Program-made: the position numbers and the translations under genes
Part shown: positions 9,810-18,494 of the stretch, in pieces
How positions within the stretch are numbered: position 1 is the stretch's first letter
Layout of the letters: each line of letters opens with the position of its first letter
Origin: a virus
Taxonomy: Duplodnaviria; Caudoviricetes
Length of the DNA stretch: 52,583 bases
Virus record (IMG/VR): IMGVR_UViG_3300047555_000022
Span: 1 to 52,583 of that record
Reading direction: 5' to 3' (one strand)
Notes under the pieces: generated by a model
The model's database searches: none
Told to the model about the DNA's origin: nothing
Seen by the model: only the letters and a program-made list of their open reading frames with translations

Positions 9810-11230
9810 TGTTTATAAAATTTTTTAGCCAAGGCATAAGAAAAGAAGTACCTTAAACAGTCGCCAAAGTCTCCAAATCGTGGCGTGCTTGTTTCCATTT
9901 GTTTTTTATTTAGTCCTCCACTACCGTCTGTTTCCATTCTGTTTATATCGGACCAAAGATTTTTACATTTTTCGTCTATCACAAAGTTTTCTTGATACAA
10001 ATCAAGAATCCTATTAGAGTGAATACGGCTTACATCATGGTTGGGATTGCTCCCCTGTATGCCAACAAACTCAAAAAATGCTGAATTATTAGGCAATCCC
10101 AATTCAATCAACGCATTTTGAAGTGTTACGTAAGCACTAAGCCGACCCGACCCTGTTTGTTTTCCGCTCCTGTCGCCAGTAACGAATATTTTATTGTGCG
10201 AATACTTTGAAAAAATAACTTTAGCCATTTCGGTAAAAGCCCTGTCGCCAACGCTATTCTCTTGGTACTCTTCGACAACATACACCCCTCCACCTGCTTT
10301 GTTCTTAAATCCCCACTCGCCTACGTCTTCGTATTCGTCATATATTTGAGCAACGAGACAAGTTGAGCTTTTATTAAAGTCCCAAATTGTCCATACAGGC
10401 TTGTTAGGATTATAAATAGTTCTACCAAGATTATAATCGTTTATCTTAAAAAACGGGTCGTCAGGCTTTATTACACCCCATTCTCCCAACACTTCTACAT
10501 TGTACCTATATAGGTCTGTACGCCTTATATTGTCGTACTTCTTTATTAATTTATCATCAAAAAAGCCGTAAGTTCCGCAAGGACTCCCTGCACTCCAATA
10601 GTTGTCTTTATAAGTTGTTTTGATTAACGCCTTACTTTTGTCCTCGTTTAGCTTAACAAATGAATTACTATCAGGCAACCTCAAACCGCTATCTGTCCAC
10701 TCTTCTGTATCGACAATCTTAGTCTTGACCCAGCTTGTTATTGAAATTGGATTCCATGTTCCAAAAAAAGCCTTTGCAACTTTGCCACGAAAAGACAATA
10801 ACATTTGAGAATATTCATCATGCGTAAAATGGTCTAATTCGTCCCAAAGGATATACGAATAACCCTCTACACCTTTTGCCTTTACTTCTTTATCAAGACC
10901 TTTAAATATTACGCTGTCATTATTTAAAGTCCTAAACTCAAACTCCATCGGATTCCACGCTGCTCCCATTTTAACACTCTCAACGGCTGATAAAAAAGTC
11001 CTACGAATAGTTGTTTTTATAATGTTTGACTGCTTTCTATAAATCAAAGAGTTGCAAGAATCAACATAGTTTTTAATCGCCATTATTTGGCAAACCGTAT
11101 AACTCTTTGCACTTGACTTCCCACCATAAATATAAAACTCTGATACTCCACTTTTTAAAAGCTCGTCGATGATAAAATACAAAGGATTAAACCATTCTTT
11201 TCTAAATGTAGGATTCTTTACTTTCTGCAT
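9806..11230 (-). CDS. terL: Terminase large subunit (PBSX-like)
   Basis: Walker A YGGKSSAKS, Walker B ILWDE, motif III TWNP, C-terminal nuclease acidic residues (WDFN ... DFGDCLRY). Confidence 0.9.
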   Translation of the reverse strand: MQKVKNPTFRKEWFNPLYFIIDELLKSGVSEFYIYGGKSSAKSYTVCQIMAIKNYVDSCNSLIYRKQSNIIKTTIRRTFLSAVESVKMGAAWNPMEFEFRTLNNDSVIFKGLDKEVKAKGVEGYSYILWDELDHFTHDEYSQMLLSFRGKVAKAFFGTWNPISITSWVKTKIVDTEEWTDSGLRLPDSNSFVKLNEDKSKALIKTTYKDNYWSAGSPCGTYGFFDDKLIKKYDNIRRTDLYRYNVEVLGEWGVIKPDDPFFKINDYNLGRTIYNPNKPVWTIWDFNKSSTCLVAQIYDEYEDVGEWGFKNKAGGGVYVVEEYQENSVGDRAFTEMAKVIFSKYSHNKIFVTGDRSGKQTGSGRLSAYVTLQNALIELGLPNNSAFFEFVGIQGSNPNHDVSRIHSNRILDLYQENFVIDEKCKNLWSDINRMETDGSGGLNKKQMETSTPRFGDFGDCLRYFFSYALAKKFYKQ

Positions 11231-11687
11231 CTATACCTATCTTTATACCCTTTCCGTTCGTTGTAATGTCTGTTTGAACTACTGCGTTATCGCCCTGCAT
11301 TTTATTGTGAATTTCAATCGCTTTCATGCGGTCGCTTGCATCAGGGGTTACAAGTACACGTTCCACTACGCCCTGAATAACGACTATTTTTTCAAAAGAA
11401 GAAGTGCCATTTAAAATATCTTCTAAAACTTTTAACTTTTCGTTTCGGCTCATTAAAGAAGATTCTACCAATTCAATATGTGCCTGTGTAGTCTTACTTT
11501 CTGTTATTGCTCTACGCTTGTCTTGAATGACTTTATACTGCTCATTTGCTTCGCTCCATCTTCTTTCAAACGTTCTTTGTGCTAACCGCCATTTACCGAC
11601 ATTTACCGCCACGCATTCCGTGAAACCTTTTCCGCTTTCAATCTCAATTATTATTTCATCTATTATTTTCTGCTTTGTTAAAATCAT
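11202..11687 (-). CDS. terS: Terminase small subunit
   Basis: Directly upstream of terL; helical, with DRMKAIE and DITTNGK motifs. Confidence 0.7.
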   Translation of the reverse strand: MILTKQKIIDEIIIEIESGKGFTECVAVNVGKWRLAQRTFERRWSEANEQYKVIQDKRRAITESKTTQAHIELVESSLMSRNEKLKVLEDILNGTSSFEKIVVIQGVVERVLVTPDASDRMKAIEIHNKMQGDNAVVQTDITTNGKGIKIGIDAESKESYI

Positions 11688-11995
11688 ATACTGAAAACCT
11701 CGCTACTTTCGGGTGTAGCGAAAACCTTTGTAAAACTATTAGTTGCAAATATGGACTCGAACCCAAAACGACCTACGTACATGAAGTAACGATTTACACT
11801 TTGCCGAACTCTGACATGATTCTCACGCTTGATTTAAACAGAACCAAGACTGTAATAGAACTTACTTTACTGAAAAGAGCGTCCTTGCGAACCATTTACA
11901 AAAAAACGGATTTCATACTTTATCGGAAGTATTTACATTATCGTCTTTTCAACTTTCCACCCCGACAAGTGGCTTGCAAAGTAAGTTCTGTTACT

Positions 11996-12388
11996 CTATT
12001 TTCTTCCCCAAATCATGCAAGCGGCTGCCCTTGCATCTTTGTTTGTCGCTTTGTCAAACCCTGTAACCTTTCTAAAAAGTTCTTTGTCGTAAAACCTTAT
12101 TGAGTAACCGTTAGGCTTTAATTCCGTCAATTTATAACCATTTTCTTTGATGAAGTTTACAATATTTTGACTGATACCTTTATTTTTTCCTACGTTCCCT
12201 CTACCTGTTGCTCCGTGCCAATTAGCTTTGTCAAGGTTACTGTTTTCAACGTAAAACGTTGCCGTGGCGTGTTCTTTTATAAAATCGAATAAATCCCAAA
12301 GGTGCATTGCTTCGCATAGCGTTAAGACGTTATTTTCGATAACCGCTACGCCTGACTTATTAACGCTTGGGTCTATACCTATAATCAT
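11996..12388 (-). CDS. RuvC-like Holliday junction resolvase
   Basis: MIIGIDPS start, YVEN, and terminal DARAA motif. True start is probably 12388 rather than 12490. Confidence 0.75.
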   Translation of the reverse strand: MIIGIDPSVNKSGVAVIENNVLTLCEAMHLWDLFDFIKEHATATFYVENSNLDKANWHGATGRGNVGKNKGISQNIVNFIKENGYKLTELKPNGYSIRFYDKELFRKVTGFDKATNKDARAAACMIWGRK

Positions 12389-12555
12389 ATTGCTTTCATC
12401 ATATCGCACGTTCCATCTGCTTGATACTGTGCTTGAATGTACGATTGCATCTTTGAAACAGATGCAAGATGCACGGTATGGCGTTTGCACTCATAACGTA
12501 ATTTGCATTTTACTTTATCCGTTGTTATTGCTCCGCACGCTGATATGTCTGTCAT
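12385..12555 (-). CDS. Small Cys-containing hypothetical protein (56 aa, not in the ORF track)
   Basis: MTDISACGAI...CDMMKAI; start and stop overlap the neighbouring genes. Confidence 0.55.
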   Translation of the reverse strand: MTDISACGAITTDKVKCKLRYECKRHTVHLASVSKMQSYIQAQYQADGTCDMMKAI

Positions 12556-12758
12556 TATACTTTTCTTAATTGTTCAACTGACTTTTTAATATTTTTTGAG
12601 TGATTTAGTAAATGTTCAATCCACGCACAAGGATTTAAAGTTGCTGTGTGTTTCCATCCAGCAGTTATCAAATCATCGTGATTTACTCTTGAATCTGCAA
12701 GCCCAAAAGCTTTTATTTCATTGTTTCGGAAATACACAAATACAATATTATCTTCCAT
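12555..12758 (-). CDS. Hypothetical protein
   Basis: ORF coupled to the downstream gene. Confidence 0.55.
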   Translation of the reverse strand: MEDNIVFVYFRNNEIKAFGLADSRVNHDDLITAGWKHTATLNPCAWIEHLLNHSKNIKKSVEQLRKV

Positions 12759-12986
12759 AATTTTAAAAATAAGGACGAGAAACTTACTTTTTCGTCCTTA
12801 TTTGTCAATCAACCCTAACCTATTAAACTATGAAAAAAAAATTCGATTGTAAAATACCTAACTTTCTGAACGATTGAGGTAATTGCTATTGTAGCCTCAC
12901 GGCTAATGAGCAACCATTAGGCATTTATTTGCTGTGAATATTCAAAGTTATAATAAAGTTGCGAAATTACAAAACATTATTTTGTT

Positions 12987-13691
12987 TTATTGTTCCAATT
13001 CGTTTGAACAAATGGCGAAAATCTTTTCAAGATGTCCTAACCTTTCTGCTACGTCAAGCATAGATTCGTTTTTTGCTTTGAGAACGGCACGAAGCGAAAC
13101 ACCGTAGCGATAGTATAGCCTATCATAGACTACGTGCCAAACACTTCTTTGGTCGGCATTTTTAGCGTTGCAATATTGATTTATCAATTTCCTTATCTTT
13201 GCCCTTGTAGTTTCTTCAGGTATCTTTTCCGTTGAACGTTCTGCCAGTAGCAACTCTTGAGTAGCTACATTTCGGCTTTCTTCAATAGCTGTCAATCTAC
13301 TATCAAACTCTAATTGCTTCTTTTCAATATCAACTAAGAGTTGAGCATTTGCTAAAAGTTGTTCGGCTGGTGAAAGTGGCTTTTTTAAAACTTTCTCACA
13401 CTCAATAAAATACAACCGTGCTTGTTTGCCTTTGTCAGTACGCTGTACCATTGAAATTTCTTTGGCAGTATCCAGTGTTAAAGCAAAGTCGGTTTTATTA
13501 TTACCGCCCCAAACTCGCTCGTCATTTTTGACGACCAAGATATAGTCTTTATTTTCTTCAAAACCATATTCAAACATTCTTTTGCACCATTTGGCAAATT
13601 CAGTTTTCACTTCTAAGAACTTATGCAACTCTCTTGCACTTACTACTTGCGAGCCTTGCTCATTTGCTGTTACTTTGATTAATTCTTGCAT
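12987..13691 (-). CDS. Antirepressor-family protein: AntA/AntB N-domain + ORF6C-like C-domain
   Basis: VSARELHKFLEV...W...GFEENKDY...LTLDTAKEISM...KGKQARLYFIECEK. Confidence 0.85.
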   Translation of the reverse strand: MQELIKVTANEQGSQVVSARELHKFLEVKTEFAKWCKRMFEYGFEENKDYILVVKNDERVWGGNNKTDFALTLDTAKEISMVQRTDKGKQARLYFIECEKVLKKPLSPAEQLLANAQLLVDIEKKQLEFDSRLTAIEESRNVATQELLLAERSTEKIPEETTRAKIRKLINQYCNAKNADQRSVWHVVYDRLYYRYGVSLRAVLKAKNESMLDVAERLGHLEKIFAICSNELEQ

Positions 13692-13700
13692 TTTGTTTAC

Positions 13701-13820
13701 AAAAAAAAATACCCTTGTAGGTTTTTGTGCTTGAACAGGGTGCTTTAAAACCCAACACTAAACCTACAAAGGCAAAATATCTTAAAAGCGTTTCGGCGTT
13801 CAAACCGTAGTACAAATATA
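13701..13820 (-). ncRNA. Antirepressor leader RNA B (promoter, 5' pairing segments, branched terminator)
   Basis: TATATTTG box at 13813-13820; stem CCTTTGTAGGTTT/AAACCTACAAGGG followed by a T9 run; GTTTGAACG pairs with TGTTCAAGC. Confidence 0.7.
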
Positions 13821-13852
13821 CAAATATATTTTCACTTTCCAACTTAGAAAAT

Positions 13853-14050
13853 TTATTTTTCGACATTGTCGAAATAAATTAATTCCAATATTGTAGCAAG
13901 AACTGCGGCCATAAGTAAAGCTACAAATCCGTTAAACTCCCACTCTTTTCCGAAAAGGAAAATAATTAGTAATTCTACTATCTTCACCAGAAAGATAGAA
14001 ACAAAAGGGATTGAAAACCCAATTATTGCTTTTTTGATTTTTTCTGTCAT
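13853..14050 (-). CDS. Small membrane protein (2 TM)
   Basis: Two hydrophobic stretches. Confidence 0.6.
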   Translation of the reverse strand: MTEKIKKAIIGFSIPFVSIFLVKIVELLIIFLFGKEWEFNGFVALLMAAVLATILELIYFDNVEK

Positions 14051-14115
14051 AATTATTTAATTAAATTCTCCATCAAATAAGTCCTCAACCGTTCCCTGCT
14101 TCATGAATGAGATTT

Positions 14116-14130
14116 GTTAGTGGCAAGCTA
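14116..14130 (-). repeat. Cassette-end motif TAGCTTGCCACTAAC outside the main array
   Basis: Identical to the ends of cassettes 2 and 4 (26150-26164, 27688-27702); overlaps the stop codon of the Rha gene. Confidence 0.75.
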
Positions 14131-14826
14131 AGAGAATATCCTCGAATAGTTATTGACGATATAATCAAGACCTTTCTTAGTGATTACGATTTTCTTGACT
14201 TTCATCTCTTTTTGACCTCGTGTTATAGTTTCAAAGAAAGTTCTGGCAAATCCTTGCTCTTCTACATTTCGAGTTGATGATGTGCCTTTGCTCGAATCTT
14301 TCATAGCCCAACCAATTTCTTTGAGTTTTGAACTAAGATTATTTCTACCTACGTTGATGATGTCGGAAACCGTGTCCAAGGTGTAAACTGTTGAATTGTC
14401 AATAACTCGGTCAAACGCTTCTACTTTCGGGGTTTGTTCAAGAACTTTTGCTTCGGCAAGTTGTTTGGCTTCTTCTGAAACTACTAACGCTTTGAGTGCT
14501 GAAACAAAATCATGTGGCAAAACTAAAACATTTTGTTGTGCTTTTTTCATTTCTGACCAGTCGTCAATTATTTTCATTCTTAGTGAAATCGAATAGCCAC
14601 TTGCAAGGCATAATGATAACCTTTCGGTGAGAAGAATTTCGGAATCATAGCCACGATTGTCTTTAATTACTTGAAAAGAATCATGGTTCAGAGTTGAATC
14701 ATCTTTTTCTAATTCAAAAAGCATATTTCTAATATCTCTAAGAACGTTTGAATGCTCTTTTCCTGTCTTCTCGGCAATTTGCTTACTCGACATCTTTTGA
14801 GTTGTACTTTTTACAATTTCTTGCAT
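14128..14826 (-). CDS. Antirepressor-family protein: Rha N-domain + KilAC/ANT C-domain
   Basis: MSSKQIAEKTGKEHSNVLRDIRNM (Rha) and PKVEAFDRVID...ITKKGLDYI (KilAC). Confidence 0.85.
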   Translation of the reverse strand: MQEIVKSTTQKMSSKQIAEKTGKEHSNVLRDIRNMLFELEKDDSTLNHDSFQVIKDNRGYDSEILLTERLSLCLASGYSISLRMKIIDDWSEMKKAQQNVLVLPHDFVSALKALVVSEEAKQLAEAKVLEQTPKVEAFDRVIDNSTVYTLDTVSDIINVGRNNLSSKLKEIGWAMKDSSKGTSSTRNVEEQGFARTFFETITRGQKEMKVKKIVITKKGLDYIVNNYSRIFS

Positions 14827-14837
14827 TTCTTAAAACA

Positions 14838-14951
14838 AAAAAGAGGAGTGTTTTATGTAGCTCTGAAAGGGTAGATTTGAAACCCAACTACAAAAAACAA
14901 ACTCCTCAATATCTTAAAATCTTTTCGGTTTCAGTCCGTACTACAAATATA
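14838..14951 (-). ncRNA. Antirepressor leader RNA C
   Basis: TATATTTG box; stem GAGGAGT...ACTCCTC followed by a T run; CTGAAA pairs with TTTCAG and AGATTT with AAATCT. Confidence 0.65.
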
Positions 14952-15016
14952 CAAAACAATTCGTTATTAGCAAGCAATTGGCGACAATTAATTAGCGAAG
15001 CTGTTAAGGCTTGTAA

Positions 15017-15083
15017 CTCCAACTCAACAATTGCGTAAAGTTCACCAAAAAGACCTCACCTTTGTCTTTGTGGGCTGTTGGAA
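15017..15083 (-). repeat. Degenerate attC-like site
   Basis: TTCCAAC...GTTGGAG just after a stop codon; shares GGTGAGGTCTTTT with the site at 15453-15520. Confidence 0.4.
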
Positions 15084-15088
15084 GTGGC

Positions 15089-15289
15089 TTATTCTATGAT
15101 AGACCAGTTGTGGTCAAAACCTTTACTTTCTCTCGAATCCCAATACATAGTTTCATTAAGAGCTATGTTATTTTCGTCTAAAAGTTGCCCATTTTCTTTG
15201 CTTCTATGTAAGTATTCATAAGGTGTAAAAAAAATATGCCTAACTTTCCCACCTTTATTTAATTCTTGTTTTGCTTCGTATCGTGTCAT
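15089..15289 (-). CDS. Hypothetical protein
   Basis: Probable start MTRYEAK, coupled to the upstream stop. Confidence 0.55.
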   Translation of the reverse strand: MTRYEAKQELNKGGKVRHIFFTPYEYLHRSKENGQLLDENNIALNETMYWDSRESKGFDHNWSIIE

Positions 15290-15507
15290 TAGTCTAAATA
15301 TCCAAATACTTTCAATGTTGAAGGCTCGCAAAGTATCGCATTTTCAGAATATTCCGTCGGAAATTCAAAATCACCTTGCTTTTTAAAAACGGTTGCAAGA
15401 TAAACAAATTTACTCGGCGACATCTTATCAGCGAAAGTTTTTAAACCCTTGTCTCCAACGAAAGCAAGAGCGGAAAAGATTGCCGAAAAGACCTCACCAT
15501 CGCCCAT
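15289..15507 (-). CDS. Hypothetical protein starting inside an attC-like site
   Basis: ORF track; reads through the GTT at 15459. Confidence 0.4.
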   Translation of the reverse strand: MGDGEVFSAIFSALAFVGDKGLKTFADKMSPSKFVYLATVFKKQGDFEFPTEYSENAILCEPSTLKVFGYLD

Positions 15508-15520
15508 TATTCAGTTATCG
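15453..15520 (-). repeat. attC-like site
   Basis: CGATAAC (contains the upstream TAA stop) ... imperfect arms AATGGGCG/CGCTCTT ... GTTGGAG. Confidence 0.45.
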
Positions 15521-15760
15521 CTGCGGACATTCTTCTTTACTTTTATAAAGTCTATCAAAATTAATCCATCCTTGTTCTATTTTTGCTTTCTTATTCACTT
15601 CATCATTTTCTAATACTTTTACTTGAATAGGGAAATAAATAATACTCGGTGTCCAATAAATATTTCCTACTTCTATATTCAAAGTGTCTTTCGACAATTC
15701 ATTAGCGACTTGGCTCATAGTTTTTCTTAGTTTGCAGTTCTCAAATTTACTCGGCGACAT
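15515..15760 (-). CDS. Hypothetical protein
   Basis: ORF track. Confidence 0.55.
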   Translation of the reverse strand: MSPSKFENCKLRKTMSQVANELSKDTLNIEVGNIYWTPSIIYFPIQVKVLENDEVNKKAKIEQGWINFDRLYKSKEECPQR

Positions 15761-16005
15761 TATCCAATTTCTTGCCTAATTTTCACGTATTCTGAAAACA
15801 TTTCTTTCGGTGTTTTTCTTTCTGCATTTGAAAGACTGTTGCAATACCAGTCGGCAAAATCAAACATATCTTGTGCCGAAAATTTGATTTCATCATAATT
15901 AACAAATTTCTCAAAAAATAGCATTTCAAAGGCTTGCTTCATTCCTTCTTTTGTTGCCAAATTCTTTGTAAAGGCTTCGTTTTCGGCTTCTAATATTTCA
16001 TTCAT
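15760..16005 (-). CDS. Hypothetical protein
   Basis: ORF track. Confidence 0.6.
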   Translation of the reverse strand: MNEILEAENEAFTKNLATKEGMKQAFEMLFFEKFVNYDEIKFSAQDMFDFADWYCNSLSNAERKTPKEMFSEYVKIRQEIG

Positions 16006-16057
16006 ATTTTTGTTAGGTTTGATTACTCGACATTGTGTCGAGTAATAGTCGTGAAAG

Positions 16058-16120
16058 CGACAACTATTGAAAATATTTTTTCAATTTCTCGGATAGATTA
16101 TTTTCACTACTTTGTTAGCG
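16058..16120 (-). repeat. attC-like site
   Basis: CGCTAAC, arms TGAAAATA/TATTTTCA, then GTTGTCGCT, which complements the downstream cassette end AGCGATAAC (15514-15522). Confidence 0.45.
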
Positions 16121-16293
16121 TTGATAGGAGTGTTTCCTATCATTTCACGAAGTAATATCTCATTCTGTGGGCGGCTTGATTCTTTCAAATTGGTTAATTG
16201 ACGATTGATTGCTGCGTTGAACCTGTCGGCAAGCTGTTCTATGTATTCAGCCTTTATTTTCCCTGTCATTTTCTCTATTTCCATACTATTCAA
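16081..16293 (-). CDS. Hypothetical protein
   Basis: ORF track. Confidence 0.5.
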   Translation of the reverse strand: MNSMEIEKMTGKIKAEYIEQLADRFNAAINRQLTNLKESSRPQNEILLREMIGNTPINANKVVKIIYPRN

Positions 16294-16926
16294 AATTTAT
16301 TGGTTTGCGACAAAAAATGTAAACTATTGCGACTAAAAACACGATTACCGCTTTTCGGGTTTCGCCCGATAAAGCTAAATATGTAAACTTAGACACAAGT
16401 AGAACAGTTAGTATCACAAACAAGGGGTTATTTTTTAAATATCTTATCATTATCAAGAATTTTTAAAGTTCTTTCACAGTTTTTTATCAAAAGAAAATCT
16501 AATTTAGTTTTATTTTTTTTGTGTGAAAGTTCTTGTAACTGTTTTTCTAAACTCTCTTTCATGTTAGTAGTTATACAATGTTGGCAACTTAACTCAGAGT
16601 TAGCGACACAGAAAATCCTAAAGGAAAATATTGAGTTTTCCAATTTAGTGTGTCGCTGACGATAAAAACAAAGTTGTATAACTTTCGCCCTTTCGTTTCA
16701 CGTGTTTCACCTACTAATAATTAAAGTGAAAATTGGCTTTCTTTAAGGCTTATTAGACCCCCTAAACATCGGCTTCGCCATTACAGTACCGTGCAACCCC
16801 TGTCGCTGTATGCCAGTTGCTATTTTCATTTCATACGGCACGCATAGGCAAGATACGAAACTATTCTATTTTCACTATTTCAAAGCTATTTTACAAAATA
16901 GGAACACTTTTGAGATAACAGGGCAA

Positions 16927-17091
16927 TAAAAAACCCCAAACAAATTAATGCTTGGAGTTTTGTAATAGTTCTCCGTAGAACGATTTGTTTTGCCGACGAG
17001 AATACGGAGATATGGTTTACTTTTTTTGAGTTCAATTTCTTTCTATGCTACCCGTCGGCAAACGTTCTGCATTAATTGTAAGACAAACTTA
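16927..17091 (-). promoter_or_regulatory. Leftward promoter with a structured attenuator-like leader
   Basis: TAAGTTTG box; three 5' segments complementary to downstream segments; ends in a hairpin plus T run. Confidence 0.6.
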
Positions 17092-17276
17092 CAACAAAAT
17101 TGCGAAACTTCAAAACAACTAATGAAAAATATTTACTTTTTACAATTTTTCTCTAAATTAGAGATAGACCCCCAATTGTCTTTTTCCATGTCCTTAGTAA
17201 ATTATTTAAAATAGTTTGTTTTTGCAAATATATTCATAATTTTGCATAATATATAATTAACAAAAAAACAATTACT

Positions 17277-17444
17277 ATGAAATTTCCAGCGGAATACATT
17301 GCAGAAAAATTAAATTCAGAGGGAAAATTGCCTAAAACGGCACGTTCTTATACCCGAAATATAGTATATTCTGTGCTAAATGGCAGAAGTAAGGACGAAA
17401 ACGTTATTCAAAAAATCAAAGACCTTGAAAGTAAATTAGCGTAG
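17277..17444 (+). CDS. Small Cro-like HTH protein (55 aa, not in the ORF track)
   Basis: MKFPAEYIAEKL...YTRNIVYSVLNGRSKD; first gene of the rightward operon, after a TAATTTTG box. Confidence 0.55.
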   Translation: MKFPAEYIAEKLNSEGKLPKTARSYTRNIVYSVLNGRSKDENVIQKIKDLESKLA

Positions 17445-17512
17445 AAATACGTATTGATATTTACTAATTGTGAAATAGTGAAAATATTTTTTTATTTAAA
17501 CATTGTTTAGAA

Positions 17513-18175
17513 ATGAATTATATTGATTTAATAAATAATTTTTGGGACGAAGCTCCTAATATAAAAGGGTATAAGCCTCAATATAGCTGCTTGTACTTTG
17601 GGATAATTGATTCTATTAATAGAAACTTTTGGAAAGAAACATCTATTGAGTATGATAGAATTATTTCAAAAACAGGCATGGATAAACGAATGTATTTAGA
17701 AGCACGTGAGTGGTTAAGTACAAATGGATTTATTGAATTTACATCGGGTAAAAATAACTATTCCCCTGCAAAGTACAGGGTACAAAATTGCACCGCTACT
17801 GTACCCTCTGACGTACCTCTGATGTACCTCAATAGTACCACTACTGTACCCTCTGACGTACCCATTATAAAAGAAGACAATAAACAAGATACAAATAAAC
17901 AAATAAACAAAAAAGAGAAAACAAAAAATGTTTTCACCCCCCCCACCATTTTAGAAGTTGAAAACTATTTTTTCGAGAATGGATATAAACGTGAAGCAGG
18001 AAGTAAGGCTTATAATTATTATGCTATTGCTAATTGGAAAGATAGTAAAGGAAATGGCGTAAAAAACTGGAAACAGAAAATGCACGCCGTTTGGTTTAAA
18101 GACGAACATAAGATGATGATAGTACAACCTTCAAATAGACCGACAATAAATTATGGCAGGTATCACATTGAATAA
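17513..18175 (+). CDS. Replication initiator protein
   Basis: N-terminal wHTH-like region, internal iterons, C-terminal FTPPTILEV...YY...W...KNWK motif; upstream of dnaB. Confidence 0.75.
   Translation: MNYIDLINNFWDEAPNIKGYKPQYSCLYFGIIDSINRNFWKETSIEYDRIISKTGMDKRMYLEAREWLSTNGFIEFTSGKNNYSPAKYRVQNCTATVPSDVPLMYLNSTTTVPSDVPIIKEDNKQDTNKQINKKEKTKNVFTPPTILEVENYFFENGYKREAGSKAYNYYAIANWKDSKGNGVKNWKQKMHAVWFKDEHKMMIVQPSNRPTINYGRYHIE
17773..17930 (+). other. Putative replication origin (GTACC iterons plus A-rich tract) inside the initiator gene
   Basis: GTACC at 17801, 17813, 17824, 17835, 17846 and 17858 (11-12 bp spacing); CTACTGTACCCTCTGACGTACC occurs twice; an A-rich run follows. Confidence 0.7.
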
Positions 18176-18494
18176 AGACATTCCAGCAGGGCAGCCACTT
18201 TGGGAAGGGAGTAAATTAAAATCAACAGGGTTTACTTACCTAAACAAAGAAGAAATAAGTGTTCAAAAGTTTTACGCAAGCTATTTGATTTACTATGATT
18301 TATTTTCAAAATATAGTCAAGAAATTATCGAATGTTACCTTGATGGATTGATTGAAAAGAAAATAGTATTGATGCCGTCTAATGAATTATTTTCAGAAAT
18401 ACCCGAATTACAGAAACTATGCAAACTCATACGAAAACTGATATTACTCGAAGCCGCAGCATTTCAGATAGACTACTTGCTAAATACTCAATAG
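18153..18494 (+). CDS. Hypothetical protein
   Basis: ORF between initiator and helicase. Confidence 0.5.
   Translation: MAGITLNKDIPAGQPLWEGSKLKSTGFTYLNKEEISVQKFYASYLIYYDLFSKYSQEIIECYLDGLIEKKIVLMPSNELFSEIPELQKLCKLIRKLILLEAAAFQIDYLLNTQ

Noticed and set aside
11738-11775. Full tRNA gene at the GGTTCGAGTCC motif
   Set aside because: No convincing D arm, anticodon arm or acceptor pairing could be built.
13660-13866. Leader-spanning ORFs (13660..13866, 25248..25442, 5' parts of 26764.., 30258.. and 33852..)
   Set aside because: They run across promoter boxes and terminators; their mutual similarity is explained by the conserved non-coding leader.
15406-15760. 18-bp direct repeat encoding MSPSKF (15406-15423 and 15743-15760)
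   Set aside because: Real but only two copies with no assignable function; probably a recombination scar.
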